Shown piece after piece: positions 13,572-24,900 of a stretch of DNA of 64,000 nucleotides (its first letter is position 1; the number at the start of each line of letters is the position of its first letter). The stretch comes from Lingula anatina (Eukaryota > Animalia > Brachiopoda). The position numbers and the translations under genes were made by a program. The notes under the pieces were generated by a model. That model did no database searches, had not been told where the DNA came from, and saw only the letters and a program-made list of their open reading frames with translations. The stretch lies in the NCBI GenBank assembly GCA_051362555.1, contig CM120640.1, positions 71,588,788 through 71,652,787 of the forward strand, given 5' to 3'.

Positions 13572-16500
13572 GGTTCATGTTTAAATAATTCATACATACT
13601 TGGAGACTGTTTAATGATGCTCTCTATTCTCTTCATAATGGCAATGATTTTGACTCTGAAGGGGTCTTCCTGACGGTTTGGTAAAGGCTGGAATTCTACA
13701 ATGAAATGTAAGCATTAATAGAGGAAACTTTACTTCACATTTCAAAGGATTCATCATCTCATCAGTCTAGTAAGGACATCAATGGTCAAAGAGTATCATA
13801 CATCCTGCAGGGGTACTAATACAGGTACATGCCAGATCACTGCCTCAGTAATATAATTTATTATTCTGAATAAATGAAGTTGGTTCTTATATATTCTGAA
13901 CTGAAAATTAATCTGGTATTATAGATGCATTTTTCCTTGCTTACTTTTGTAAAGGAAAAAATAATCATATAAAAGAAAAGATGTACATATATATGTATGT
14001 AAACAGGGCAACTTATAACCAACAGAAGCATTGGACTTACAGTAGGGCTATCTTGGATGATACCTATTTAACTTAATAGAATAAACTTAATTAATCCAAT
14101 AGTAGACTTGATCAGTGTTTCCAACATTATGTCCTTGCCCAGTAGGTGAAGAGCTGCAAAGCTAATGTTTCCTTTAAATTTTTACCCGACATGAAATAAA
14201 ATGTATTGTATTGTATTGTATTGTATTGTATTGTATTGTATTGTATTGTATTGTATTGTATTGTATCTAAGCTTAAAACAATATGATGAATCAATTGACA
14301 TTCAGGTTGTTAACCTAACCTTCATTTGGCGTGTTGACGTACTGGTCCAGTTCATCTCTATACCTTTCCACTGTGGCTATACAGCGGCTGTCTAGGTTAG
14401 CACATAGATGTAAGATATGGCTCTCTGCTTCATAATCCGTCTTAGCATCTCCAACTCCTAATGAAGCAGTCATACCTACAATCTAATTATGAGAAGAAGG
14501 TCAGTCTCAGTGATTTCAACACCAAAATTTGTATTCCTGCGATTTCTTTAGTTAGAACAACATGACTGACTGTTGTATCCAAGACTGTCTTGATTTAGTG
14601 CTTCGGTGTTTCAATTAAAGCAGTTATAGTTTTTACAGCACACAGTCTCAGGTTCTAATTTTTTTTTTTTTTTGTGGAACCAATTTGCCAGTATAAACTG
14701 TTATAATTGCCATTCTCTGAACAGAAATATAGAGAGAGAATACAGCAATGACCAATAATTCTAAGATCCATCCTTCTACTAAATATTGTACACTAACTGT
14801 AAAAAGATTATCTACATCATGACTTGCACATAACATCTGTGTTTGTATGTATATAATAGTGTTTATTAAAGGGATAATAACTCTTCGTATGAGGTCTATA
14901 TTTCACAACAGAAACATCGTGAACAACTCATAGAAATAAAATATATTCTGTTTTACGACAAAAACAGCAGTTATAGCTATTATTCTGATATCTGAACTTG
15001 TCTTCAGACCACGTCACCTCCATTGATGGCTATACTCTGTTATAATCTCTTAAGAGAATTTAACAAAAAACCAAACTTTTTAGAAAAAAACCAGGGACTA
15101 ACTTTGAATGTAAAAATGGATTCATTAACCATTGGTAAGTATGGGAAAATTGTTGTTTACTCCAGGAAAATTCATTTTTTGGCCAAAACGAAGAGTTATT
15201 ATCCCTTTAAAGTCCAAGCCTTCTTTTAAAATCAAACTGATAACCAATAGTTATTATTATTATCAAATGCATACAATGCCTATTAGATCATTATGAAGCA
15301 AAGAAAAAAATTCCTGGAAATTTTGTCTTTACTTCATAGGTAATTTGCCTAGCCAAAACTGCTGAGAAAATAATGATCTACTTTCTTTTTTTTTTTTACA
15401 TTTCAGATTTGGCATTTTTACTCAGTTTCTATCTCCATTATACGAGAGTGACTCAAAAACTACAAACTCAAACATGGAATTATCATCGAAATTCTGTGAA
15501 TGGTTTTTGGATACTTGACGTTTTTGGATACATACATTTTCGTGCATATAAAAAATATGGTACGTATATAAAGGTCAACTGTCATTACCTGGGGCAACTT
15601 CACCATTTTGTCCCTGTGTTTCTGTCTTATATATCTGGACATGATAGCATTGTAAGGATTGCCTTTCTGGGTGTGATGGCATTCATCAAAGATCAGCAAG
15701 GAGAACACGTCCAGAGAAGAGATGGTGTTTTCTAGCAAGTGGTTTTCCAAGATCTGCGGGGTCAACACAATGATGTCAAACTCAGAAATCAGCTGGTGCA
15801 GAAATTTATTTGACTCATCATCTCCACACACTTTCAGCACCTGGTAATAAAGGAATTGAGAGGAAACATCAAAATTAATTGTGTACATATATTATGTTGA
15901 TCAATATCTAAAGTACACTCTATTTAAAACATGTTTCTGACATATCTGAACAATGTGTATCATACAGTGGTAATTAAGACGCTTTTTCCCCGCTTTCATA
16001 GTTCTTTCATTTAATTAGGTCTCACTCCAAATCTAGCATAATGTTGCCCAAACACATCTCTCCTGCAAATTTCAAAAGAACCATACAGATGGGTTGGAAT
16101 TTATCAGCATTATTATCACAAGTTTATTAATAAACTATATATGTCTATAAACAGATTAAAAAAGGTGAAAGAAAAACTCATCCTGAGCTTCAGAGAACAT
16201 ATACCCTCAATTCATATTTTTCAAATAGTTGACAGAATAGTTGGTACTGCTGTTCAACCAGTGGAACTTTACAAGCCATAAACACCACTTTTCTATCAGC
16301 TCCTGTAAAATATTGTTATAAAATAGAATTAGGATATAATACAAAGCTGTAAATATATTTTGACATATAAATTCTGGCAACTTACTTACACGAAAGTGCA
16401 GGTTACATAAACTACTTTCTAAAGTATTAGATAAAAAATATTGAGATTTCTTGGAGTGCAAGGAAAAAAAAACAAAACAAAAAAAAAAAACATTCACCTT

Positions 16501-19492
16501 GTTTCAAGTGTTCTGCCACAATGTGTGCTGCTACCCTAGTTTTACCACTTCCTGTGGGGGCCACAATGATACAATTCTGCCCTCTCAGGGCAGGCTCTGC
16601 TAACTCATGCTGATAATTACGCAGACTAAGTTCATCTATAAATCCATGAAAGACAGGAGAAGTAAATTCAAAAGGTGAACATCCAGAAAATTGCACTCAT
16701 AAGTAATATTTACCAATTTGTTTTTATGGTTATTGAAAATATACATAACTGTATTTAACTAATAAATATATATAACTGTATTTAACTAATAAATATATAT
16801 AACTGTAAATGGGGCCGTAGCAATAGTCTGAAGGTTCGATAGTCCTAAGGTTCATTGGTCCAAATATTCACTATAAAACCTTGAGACCAATGAACACTTG
16901 ATTTAAAAAAACAATGAAAATGTTACCATTTTTCGGACCAATGAACCTTCGGACTATGGAGAAGCCCCCACTGTAAATAAATATAACTGCATACATGTAT
17001 TTCTACTGTTAAAAAAGATAAAAATATTACCTAGAAAAGCACTACGAGACCACAGTCCTCCATCAGGGCAGCTCAATTTTAATTAATTAATTAATGGATC
17101 ACCACCAAAATCATATCAATTTTAAGTTACCCACTTCCTGGCTGATGATTGACACTGTACAGGACACACATGGACAAGACACACATGGACAAGACACATA
17201 CTGCTGATGATTGACACTGTACAGGACACACATGGACAAGACACATACTGCTGATGATTGACACTGTACAGGACACACATGGACAAGACACATGCTGCTG
17301 GTTTTTTATTTTTGCATAAACAACCTTCATTATTTCTTACCTGTTATGTTCAAATCACTCAACTTGAGAGACACTTGTTCAACTTCTGCACCTAAAGCAA
17401 ATTAATTATATTAATCAACCAACCAATCTAACAGTTAATATTTAGTTAACTTTAATTAACTCTTAAAAGATAATAAGAAAACACTTTACCAATTAATTAT
17501 TCATCACTGTTGTCAATGTTGACAGCTTGCCATAACATTCAGTTTCAGTGTTAATGAAGAATGGCCGCATGTAAATCAGCTGCCATATCAGATGACTTTG
17601 TACCAGCTAGATAGTCAAATTTACCTGTGATATTTCTGCCTTCATCAGCACTGCCGTATTTCCTCCATTTAGGAGGTACAGCATCAATAGTGTCCCCAGC
17701 AATCTCCTTGGTGACTGTCCTCTTCTGGCTGGTCTGGTACTGCTTCCAATCTAGTTTGAAATATTTCAATAAAATTCTCATTGAATTATGATGTAAAATT
17801 ATATCTTCTGATAAGAATCACCCACGCACCCTGCAAAAAATATAATTTAAGCCAGCAAAAAAGAACAAACCTTATATTCACAATATTTCTTGAGATCTAG
17901 GTTATTAAGATCTTGGTCTAGTTGTCTGCAACTGCTTAGACTAGACTGTGTACTGACCATCATACATGTACATGTACTATTATCATATTTAAAACAATAA
18001 TAAAACACATATACCTGGATTGAAATCTGGATCTATCAGCTGCACCAGTTCTTTATCTTTTTGATTTCCACTGTTCCAGAGAGAATACAGGAAGTCAGTG
18101 TACCAGGTCTTCTTGAGAGTGGGCAAGTGTCTGAGTAGCAACAAGCTGCCATAATACCTGCCTTTGTTCCGTGTCTCTGCTCTGATCCTGTCTACAGTGC
18201 TGTCAGACAACACACCTCTCTGGATCAGATGTGGAAGTAACTGGATTGGTTCCAGGTACTCTATGATATGAGGCCTAAATACACGTAAATGCTTCTCATG
18301 CAAGTCCTCAAAGCGCACAGAGTTAAGATCATATTTCATCCCATCTACATGCTGGGAAAAATCACTCAGTGCTTTAAAGTCTTCTAATATTTCTAGTGCA
18401 GTTTCACTACCTGAAAGTAATAACATCACATAATTTTCAGTTTTAAATGTTTAAAAACTTTAGGTATTTTCTTAATATGATTATTTAAAATATAATAATA
18501 CAAATATATTCCAAATATGAAAGTAAAATTTAGCAGAATTACCAGTACTTGTCAGTGAAGATGGAGAGGATATTTGCCACATATCATGTATTTGCACAAT
18601 TACTAATCAATACTTCCATGAAATTCTTTTTCGTCACTTCCATTTGTCAAACAAAATGTTCTTTACCAGTTTCCTTCAGTCCATTAACAAACACTGTGAA
18701 CCAGCCAGGATCCGTACTTTCTAAAACAAAACTCAGCAAGAGCTCTGCTCCTTTCCGTGGTCCTTTCTCATCTGTAGCAGCTTTTATTTTATCTTCTTCA
18801 GCTAAAACAGATTCACAGATTAGTACATCAGTTTCTGTTTTGTTTAATTTTAAGTATGATATAAACCTCTAGTGAGAAAAAAATCAGGCTGTAAAATTTA
18901 AAATTTAATGGCTGATTAACTTTTCTCTTCATATTTGAAGATCTTTAAGACCTCAGAGTTACTTTTACATAGAGCCCCTCTTAATATAAATACCACTTCA
19001 AATAAAATATACCTTAATTGCATGGTATCATATATACAGAAAGTGTGGGAAGTAGATGAATACTTTCTTCTTAAATGTGTTCATGTGCAATAATTTCTAC
19101 CAATGTTCTATAAACAAGCATATATATTTGAATGAAAATTTATCAAACACAAGCCAAAATATTAAGCTTACATCCAACCTGGGTATGTAAAGGCCTTCAT
19201 TAGACTGATGTGAGTAGATGGCCGTAATATTTCAGTGTTTGATAATTTTCACTTATGATCCAACTATACCAAGCTAATAAACATTTTTGCTCATTTAAGA
19301 GCATTTCTCTTTCATGCACCTCTTTTCCAGTGAGATTTTCGGATTTCGTATGCAAGGGTCATATATATCTCTTTAAGTCCCCTGCATCATTACTCCTCAA
19401 CATTTTCACTTTCCTAAATCCATATAAAATACTCCCAGTAAAATTTATATATGTGCACACATCAGTACACTCCCACGTCAGGGCCGTCGCTC

Positions 19493-19560
<68 letters not shown>

Positions 19561-19705
19561 TGCCCCCCCTGGGATTTGAGGTGCAAAAAAAAATAATAAT
19601 TGCAATTTCTGAATTCTGATTGAGCAATAAATAACAGTTAAAATTCACCAGAATGCAGTATTATACATACAGTTTTTACAAAGTTTTCTACACGAACATG
19701 AACAT

Positions 19706-19758
<53 letters not shown>

Positions 19759-19797
19759 TGTACATGTTCATGTTAACAACACCAAGAACAGACATAC

Positions 19798-19840
<43 letters not shown>

Positions 19841-20028
19841 ACGAAAGCAGAATATTTACCTTTACCGATGATATCAGACAGATGAACACAGAGTTCAACT
19901 GGTTGTATTTTGTCGATGAAAACTGTTGAGCATACAGTTAATATTTCCCTCTGCAGTTGAAACTTGTCGATATGCGAGTCGCCTTGACCAACTTCATCGC
20001 ATTCTTCTCTTGGCTGACTATTATCCAT
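9787..20028 (-). CDS. DDX58: RIG-I-like receptor (2xCARD, DExD/H-box helicase, Zn-binding CTD), 15 exons, about 987 aa; RIG-I versus MDA5 orthology unresolved
   Basis: Exons 20028-19860, 18801-18667, 18410-18015, 17750-17625, 17391-17341, 16635-16498, 16302-16205, 15840-15589, 14482-14320, 13695-13600, 12896-12727, 11542-11401, 11196-10960, 10788-10621, 10409-9787. All GT-AG and phase-consistent; total 2964 nt. Motifs: [15 protein letters not shown], Ia KVPLVEQQ, Ib [42 protein letters not shown]; CTD CRKC...CAKC. Confidence 0.95.
11660..12614. mobile_element. Non-autonomous TIR element with TGT...ACA ends and a 4-bp TSD (Ginger-like) in an RLR intron
   Basis: About 65-bp TIRs (TGTAGGGGTCCAT...CACTAATGCATGG versus 12551-12614); ACAC at both 11656-11659 and 12615-12618. 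Confidence 0.8.
11726..11889. mobile_element. 164-bp GC-rich MITE nested in the left TIR of the Ginger-like element
   Basis: TIR CAGGGCCGTAGCC / GGCTACGGCCCTG; CATGG duplicated at 11721-11725 and 11890-11894. Confidence 0.8.
13492..13571. repeat. Compound (CA)n(CAA)n microsatellite
   Basis: Directly visible. Confidence 0.95.
14135..14266 (+). mobile_element. 3' end of a non-LTR retroelement with AATAAA and a (TATTG)n tail
   Basis: Shares CCCAGT..TGAAGAGCT and TACCCGACAT.AAATAAAAT.TATTGTATTG with 21865-21940. Confidence 0.65.
14870..15206. mobile_element. 337-bp MITE with 19-bp TIRs and a TTAA TSD (Kolobok-like AG...CT ends)
   Basis: AGGGATAATAACTCTTCGT (14870-14888) versus ACGAAGAGTTATTATCCCT (15188-15206); TTAA at 14866-14869 and 15207-15210. 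Confidence 0.8.
16811..16969. mobile_element. 159-bp MITE with a 9-bp TSD (Mutator-like)
   Basis: ACTGTAAAT at 16802-16810 and 16970-16978; GGGG...CCCC ends; internal inverted ATAGTCC.AAGGTTCATTGGTCC / GGACCAATGAACCTTCGGACTAT. Confidence 0.75.
17140..17299. repeat. About 56-bp tandem repeat (about 3 copies) in an RLR intron
   Basis: CTGATGATTGACACTGTACAGGACACACATGGACAAGACACA repeated. Confidence 0.85.
19479..19580. repeat. Poly-G tract (about 60 G) inside a CAGGGCCGT-type MITE remnant
   Basis: CAGGGCCGT start matches the element at 11726. Homopolymer length may be inflated by sequencing or assembly. Confidence 0.6.
19710..19836. repeat. (TA)n and (TAA)n microsatellites in RLR intron 1
   Basis: Directly visible. 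Confidence 0.9.
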
Positions 20029-20566
20029 AGTCCAACAATTGATCGGGAAACTAGACAACTCCTTACTTCTAATTATTTCAACTAGAATTTATAGTATTAC
20101 ATGTACCCGACCCTTTACTAAAGTGAAAGCTAGTTCAATCGCGAATGGAATTTATATCTAACAATGTAGAAAAAAATTGGTAAATTCCCACAACATCTCA
20201 GATCTCGTAACGATTGAATAAATACCTGGAAAATACTAAATCGAACTTTCCTTTTCAAATACGTCTCTGCAATTTTCCAGAGGGAATCCCCCTATTTCCC
20301 GACTAACACGAGTATTTCCCGGCAGGTCTAAACACACTGATAAGTTATTTCTTTTATGTCATTTAACTTAAAAAAAAACTCGTTCATGTGTAATATAATA
20401 AAGAAAATATAAAAATCAATTTTACTTTTAAAAATTTAGAACCATAAATATATTAGTATAATTTTATAGATGTTTGCTAATAATAATAATCGTAATGAAT
20501 TGAGAGCTGTGTACATCGTGGTGACGTAAATTCAACAGCCATTTTGGTATCTGGAATCGAAAGCAG
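20029..20566. promoter_or_regulatory. Candidate bidirectional promoter shared by the RLR and MAVS genes, with IRF/ISRE, NF-kB, ATF/CRE and YY1-like motifs
   Basis: AAAGTGAAAGC 20120-20130; GAAAAGGAAAGT on minus 20245-20256; GGAATCGAAAGC 20553-20564; kB GGGAATCCCC 20282-20291 and GGGAATTTAC on minus 20180-20189; TGACGTAA 20522-20529; GCCATTTT 20538-20545. Confidence 0.6.
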
Positions 20567-21169
20567 GTGGGTTATTTTCCTGTTATGTTATCGGATATTT
20601 TCTGTTACTTAACGGGAGTTAGTTACGATTTTAGTCATCACAAGAAGTAGATGGGCTAAATATGACGATTGGAAGAAGATATTGTCAACCCGGTTTTACT
20701 ATCCGGTAAATTATCTATTCATATAATAAAGGAGTAACTACTACATAATATTGTCATATTTTAAAATTAAATTATCCAAGCACATGTACAAGTGTTACTG
20801 TAAGCAGTAAAAGAACAACTAGCTAGTGGTCTGTTGTAGAATATGCATGCTTGTCTTTTTATATTTTAAGCTGGAAAATGCCGGATCAGTATATGAATAT
20901 CTATAGCTCAATTTGGCCCTGCTTAATTAGTCACGTCATTGCTCGTTCAGTTTTAATTGAAAAATGAAAAAAAATGAACAATAATTTATGCAGTGCTATA
21001 TTTGAAGGTACGCCAGTTTTTTGTTTGTTTGTTTGTTTGTTTATTACTTTTTTGTTTATTTGGATTCAAACTACTCAGTATAACACCCTCAAAACCAAAA
21101 ACATTTTTTTACTTCTAAATGTGTCATACAAGTTCAACAAATTTCAAGCGTTTTTATTGGTAAAATAGC

Positions 21170-21940
21170 AGACCACCATAGTAATGAGCAGTTATCTTTC
21201 AATGGAAAATTGGTGAAACCAGAACCTTGGGTCAAACTCCTTGGGTTTTACTTTGACCCAAGACTGACTTTTAGCAAACACATCTCAGAATTATGTTCTC
21301 AAACAGCATGTCCATTAAACACTCTGAGAAGGCTTTCAGCTTATCTAGATGTTTCAAGAGGGCTTGCCATATTCAGGCACTACATTATCACACTTGAATT
21401 ATTGTCTGTTAGTATGGCACTTTTGTGCTGAGGGAATTTGAAAAAATTAGAAAAGATACAGAGAATTAGGGGTCTAAGATCTAGATTTGTCTACAACAAC
21501 CACACAAGCAGTTATAATGAGCTGTTAAATATGTGAGGTCTTTGCAAAGGACCTTGGAAAGGACCCAAATGCAAATTTAGCTTGTGTAACCTATATACAT
21601 TCAGCAAAGCTGTGTAATAATGTATACAACATGTTTGCATTATTTTATGCATCTATATTAGTGAGCATTGTATGTAGAAATATTTGTTTTTAACAATAAA
21701 TTATGTCTAGCATTTGTATATTAATAATCATAGAACGATTTTTCATTTACTATCTTAATTAAAAGACTTCATGTGTGTTTGTATTTTCTGTAGAAAGACT
21801 TTCCATTGACTATCTTACTAGACCTCATATAAATATTGTATTATTTGTAGAAATGTTTGTCCTAACCCAGTCGATGAAGAGCTCCTTTCAGTTTATACCC
21901 GACATTAAATAAAATTTATTGTATTGTATTGTATTGTATT
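21170..21940 (+). mobile_element. Degenerate LINE 3' fragment(s): RT C-terminal part plus AATAAA and (TATTG)n tail, in the MAVS 5' intron
   Basis: ORF 21210-21431 VKLLGFYFDPRLTFSKHISELC...LNTLRRL resembles the post-RT region of CR1/L2-type ORF2; frameshifted downstream; tail at 21901-21940. Confidence 0.7.
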
Positions 21941-21961
21941 AATATTTCTATTTTATACAGA

Positions 21962-24900
21962 ATGGAAGACAAATATAGGAAGATAATCCGGGAAAACAAT
22001 GTAGAACTAGTGAACAAAATAGAACCTGTGCAACTGATGCCACACCTCTCATGTCTGACAGATGTGGACAGGGTAAATAAAAAGACTTGATAGAGATCAC
22101 ATGATTCTTAGAGAGCATTCACATCGAGAAGAGCCGAGGTCTAGCAAGGCCGAGACCTAAATATGGCGGACCTTCATGAAAGGAAGACCGCATAATCCTT
22201 TAATGGTCTTTCAATGAATGTCAATGAATGTCATTGAGAGACCATTAAAGGATTACGCGGTCTTCCCCCCCGGGGGGGGGGGGGGGGGGGGTAATGCCCA
22301 TATAGAGATTGTAAGTGCTAATAAAAATAAAGTAAGTACTCAGAGTTTGTAATAATATAAGTTATCAGTATTATATATAAAACAAATTTGGACATGCTTT
22401 GAGCAGTGGTGACATGAACAAATTTTAGAACTGACATTGTTTATTTCTAAGAATTTGTATGGTATTTGATACTCTTATGTTATAAACAGTGCCAGATGAG
22501 AATTGTAATGGATTTTTTAAAATGTTCACCAGAGATGAAAGAGAGTGTTAACAGTTTTAACTTTATTAACTTTATTAACTTAAGTTTTTTACTTTATTAA
22601 CTTTATTAAAAACTTTATTAAACTTTATATAACTTTATTGAACTTTATTAAAATATAATATACTTCCAGGAGAATATAACAGCAGAGTTGAGGTGTAATG
22701 GCAGGTTCTTTGGGGCAGTGATGTTACTAGACAAGTTACCAAGAAAAGACCAGTGGTTCCCACAGTTCATTTCAGCTCTAAGAGAAACAGGCCAGTTAGA
22801 GCTGGCCAGAAAACTTGACCCCCAGGAGACAAATGGAACTGATGATACTGAAAGAGGTCAGGGTGACCCCTGCAGGCTTGTGACTGTCTTTAGCACTTTG
22901 ATTAGAATCTTTGGGACCATTCCCAGACCCTCTCATACTAACTTTGGATCGATATATCTCCTAGGGGGTTCTTGCTAAATTGCAATCAACTTAAGCGGCT
23001 TAGATGTCTGTTACGCCCACTGAAGCTGAAAGGGGATAATTAACTATCATTTAGCAGCTCTAGAAGACGTGTCAGACATGTAAGCTGCTTAAGCTGAAAG
23101 CGATTTAGCGAGAAACCCCTTGGAGATGGACTGATCCTGTTAGATCAATCTAGGTATGGGAACCCAGTCTTTGCTGAGTCTGTTGATTATGTTGGGGAAG
23201 ACTTATGGTAAATTTTATAAATCAGATTGATAAAAAGTCCAGGCATGCTAACCATGGAAGAATTAAGTAATCTAATACATCCCTGGGGGGATTCCAATGA
23301 ATTATGTTATTTCTCTCCTGTATAATGTTTTTCAAATTGTCCTGTTGTTGGTACAGTTTCTTTTAATTCAGGTGAACGGTATATTAGAAAGAAAACATTC
23401 AAGGAGAGTAAAGCCACCAACAGAGCCCAGAACACCAGTCCAGATGGGAAGACATTGCTGAGGGAGCTGCCGTATAAGGTCACCACCACTGTGGCTAGGT
23501 ACCTGAACATCACAAATAGACATCATGGAAGGGACTGGAAGGGGCTGGCAGCAGAACTAGGTCTGATAAAGGGATGATATATTTATTTAAGGGTTTTTAA
23601 GGGATTTGAACATAAAACATTAATATCTGTCTGGGAGTGGCTGAAGAAAGGGGTAGAGATGGGTAGGGGGTAGGGGTGGGAAGGTAAAGGGGTAGGGGTG
23701 GGAAGGTAAGAGAGTAGGGGTGGGAAGGTAAGGGGGTAGGGGTGGGAAGGTAAGAGAGTAGGGTTGGGAAGGTAAGGGGGTAGGGGTGGGAAGGTAAGGG
23801 GGAAGGTAAGGGGGTAGGGGTGGGAAGTAAGGGGGTAGGGGTGGGAAGGTAAGAATGTAGGGTTGGGAAGGTAAAGGGGTAGGGGTGGGAAGGTAAGGGG
23901 GAAGGTAAGAGAGTAGGGGTGGGAAGGTAAGGGGGTAGGGGTGGGAAGTAAGGGGGTAGGGGTGGGAAGGTAAGAGAGTAGGGGTGGGAAGGTAAGGGGG
24001 TAGGGGTGGGAAGGTAAGAGAGTAGGGGTGGGAAGGTAAGGGGGTAGGGGTGGGAATGTAAGAGAGTAGGGTTGGGAAGGTAAGGGGGTAGGGGTGGGAA
24101 GGTAAGGGGGAAGGTAAGAGAGTAGGGGTGGGAAGGTAAGGGGGTAGGGGTGGGAAGTAAGGGGGTAGGGGTGGGAAGGTACCCTCTACCAGGGCGACTG
24201 ATAGATTTTTACGGATATTCACAGATATGTCTCTAGCTAGATAGATTATCATTTTCAGCTGAAGTCACCCTGTACAGAAATCCCAAGGTTGATTACATGG
24301 CTGGTAATTGTTTGCATAACTGCTCAGGCACTGCCACTTGGCAGGTCTAGTCTAAGTCTGCGTGACAGCAATCAAGACAGTTAATTGCTCTGACCTTAAT
24401 CACTTGCTCTTCTGACACAGATAAAAATAGCCCCCAGTGAATAGCTTATTACTTCAGAGTGAGGCTAACTGTGGAATCCCCTGAAGTAGTTGCAGAGGTA
24501 TAAATACTGGTGCAGTAGCAGCCTGAAAACATTGAGCCGAATCCCAATATAAAATGAGTTTTCGCCCTTTTTTCTTTTTAACTCCGCATCTGGAAATAAT
24601 TGTTTGATCAGCTTCCCTAAAATGTGTCTGTCCAATCCAAATGTCCTCTCTAACGTGACCACTTTCAAAGAACTTGTGTACGGCCCACTCTTCGGTCCCA
24701 TTACAATTGAACTCTTGAGCCTAAAACCAAGATATAATTATTTCAGAAGATAAGGTTTTACCCGAATCACGTTGCCTTAACCTATTAGCCTACAGCATGT
24801 CCTTACTGCAGGAGACGTTTTACAAAGAGTCATTAATAAGTAAGTCATATAAAAGACTAAACAGAGTCTATATAATTGCATCAGAAAGAAGATACCCCCA

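Noticed and set aside
18802-18870. Upstream AG (18867-18870) as the acceptor for RLR exon 2
   Set aside because: With the phase-1 donor of exon 1 both AGs give stops; only the AG at 18802-18803 keeps the CARD frame.
19255-19596. Poly-Gly/poly-Pro ORFs (also 11695-11924)
   Set aside because: They arise from G/C homopolymer runs in MITE-like elements.
23620-24252. 210-aa proline-rich ORF on the minus strand
   Set aside because: Translation of the G-rich minisatellite; no splice or domain support.
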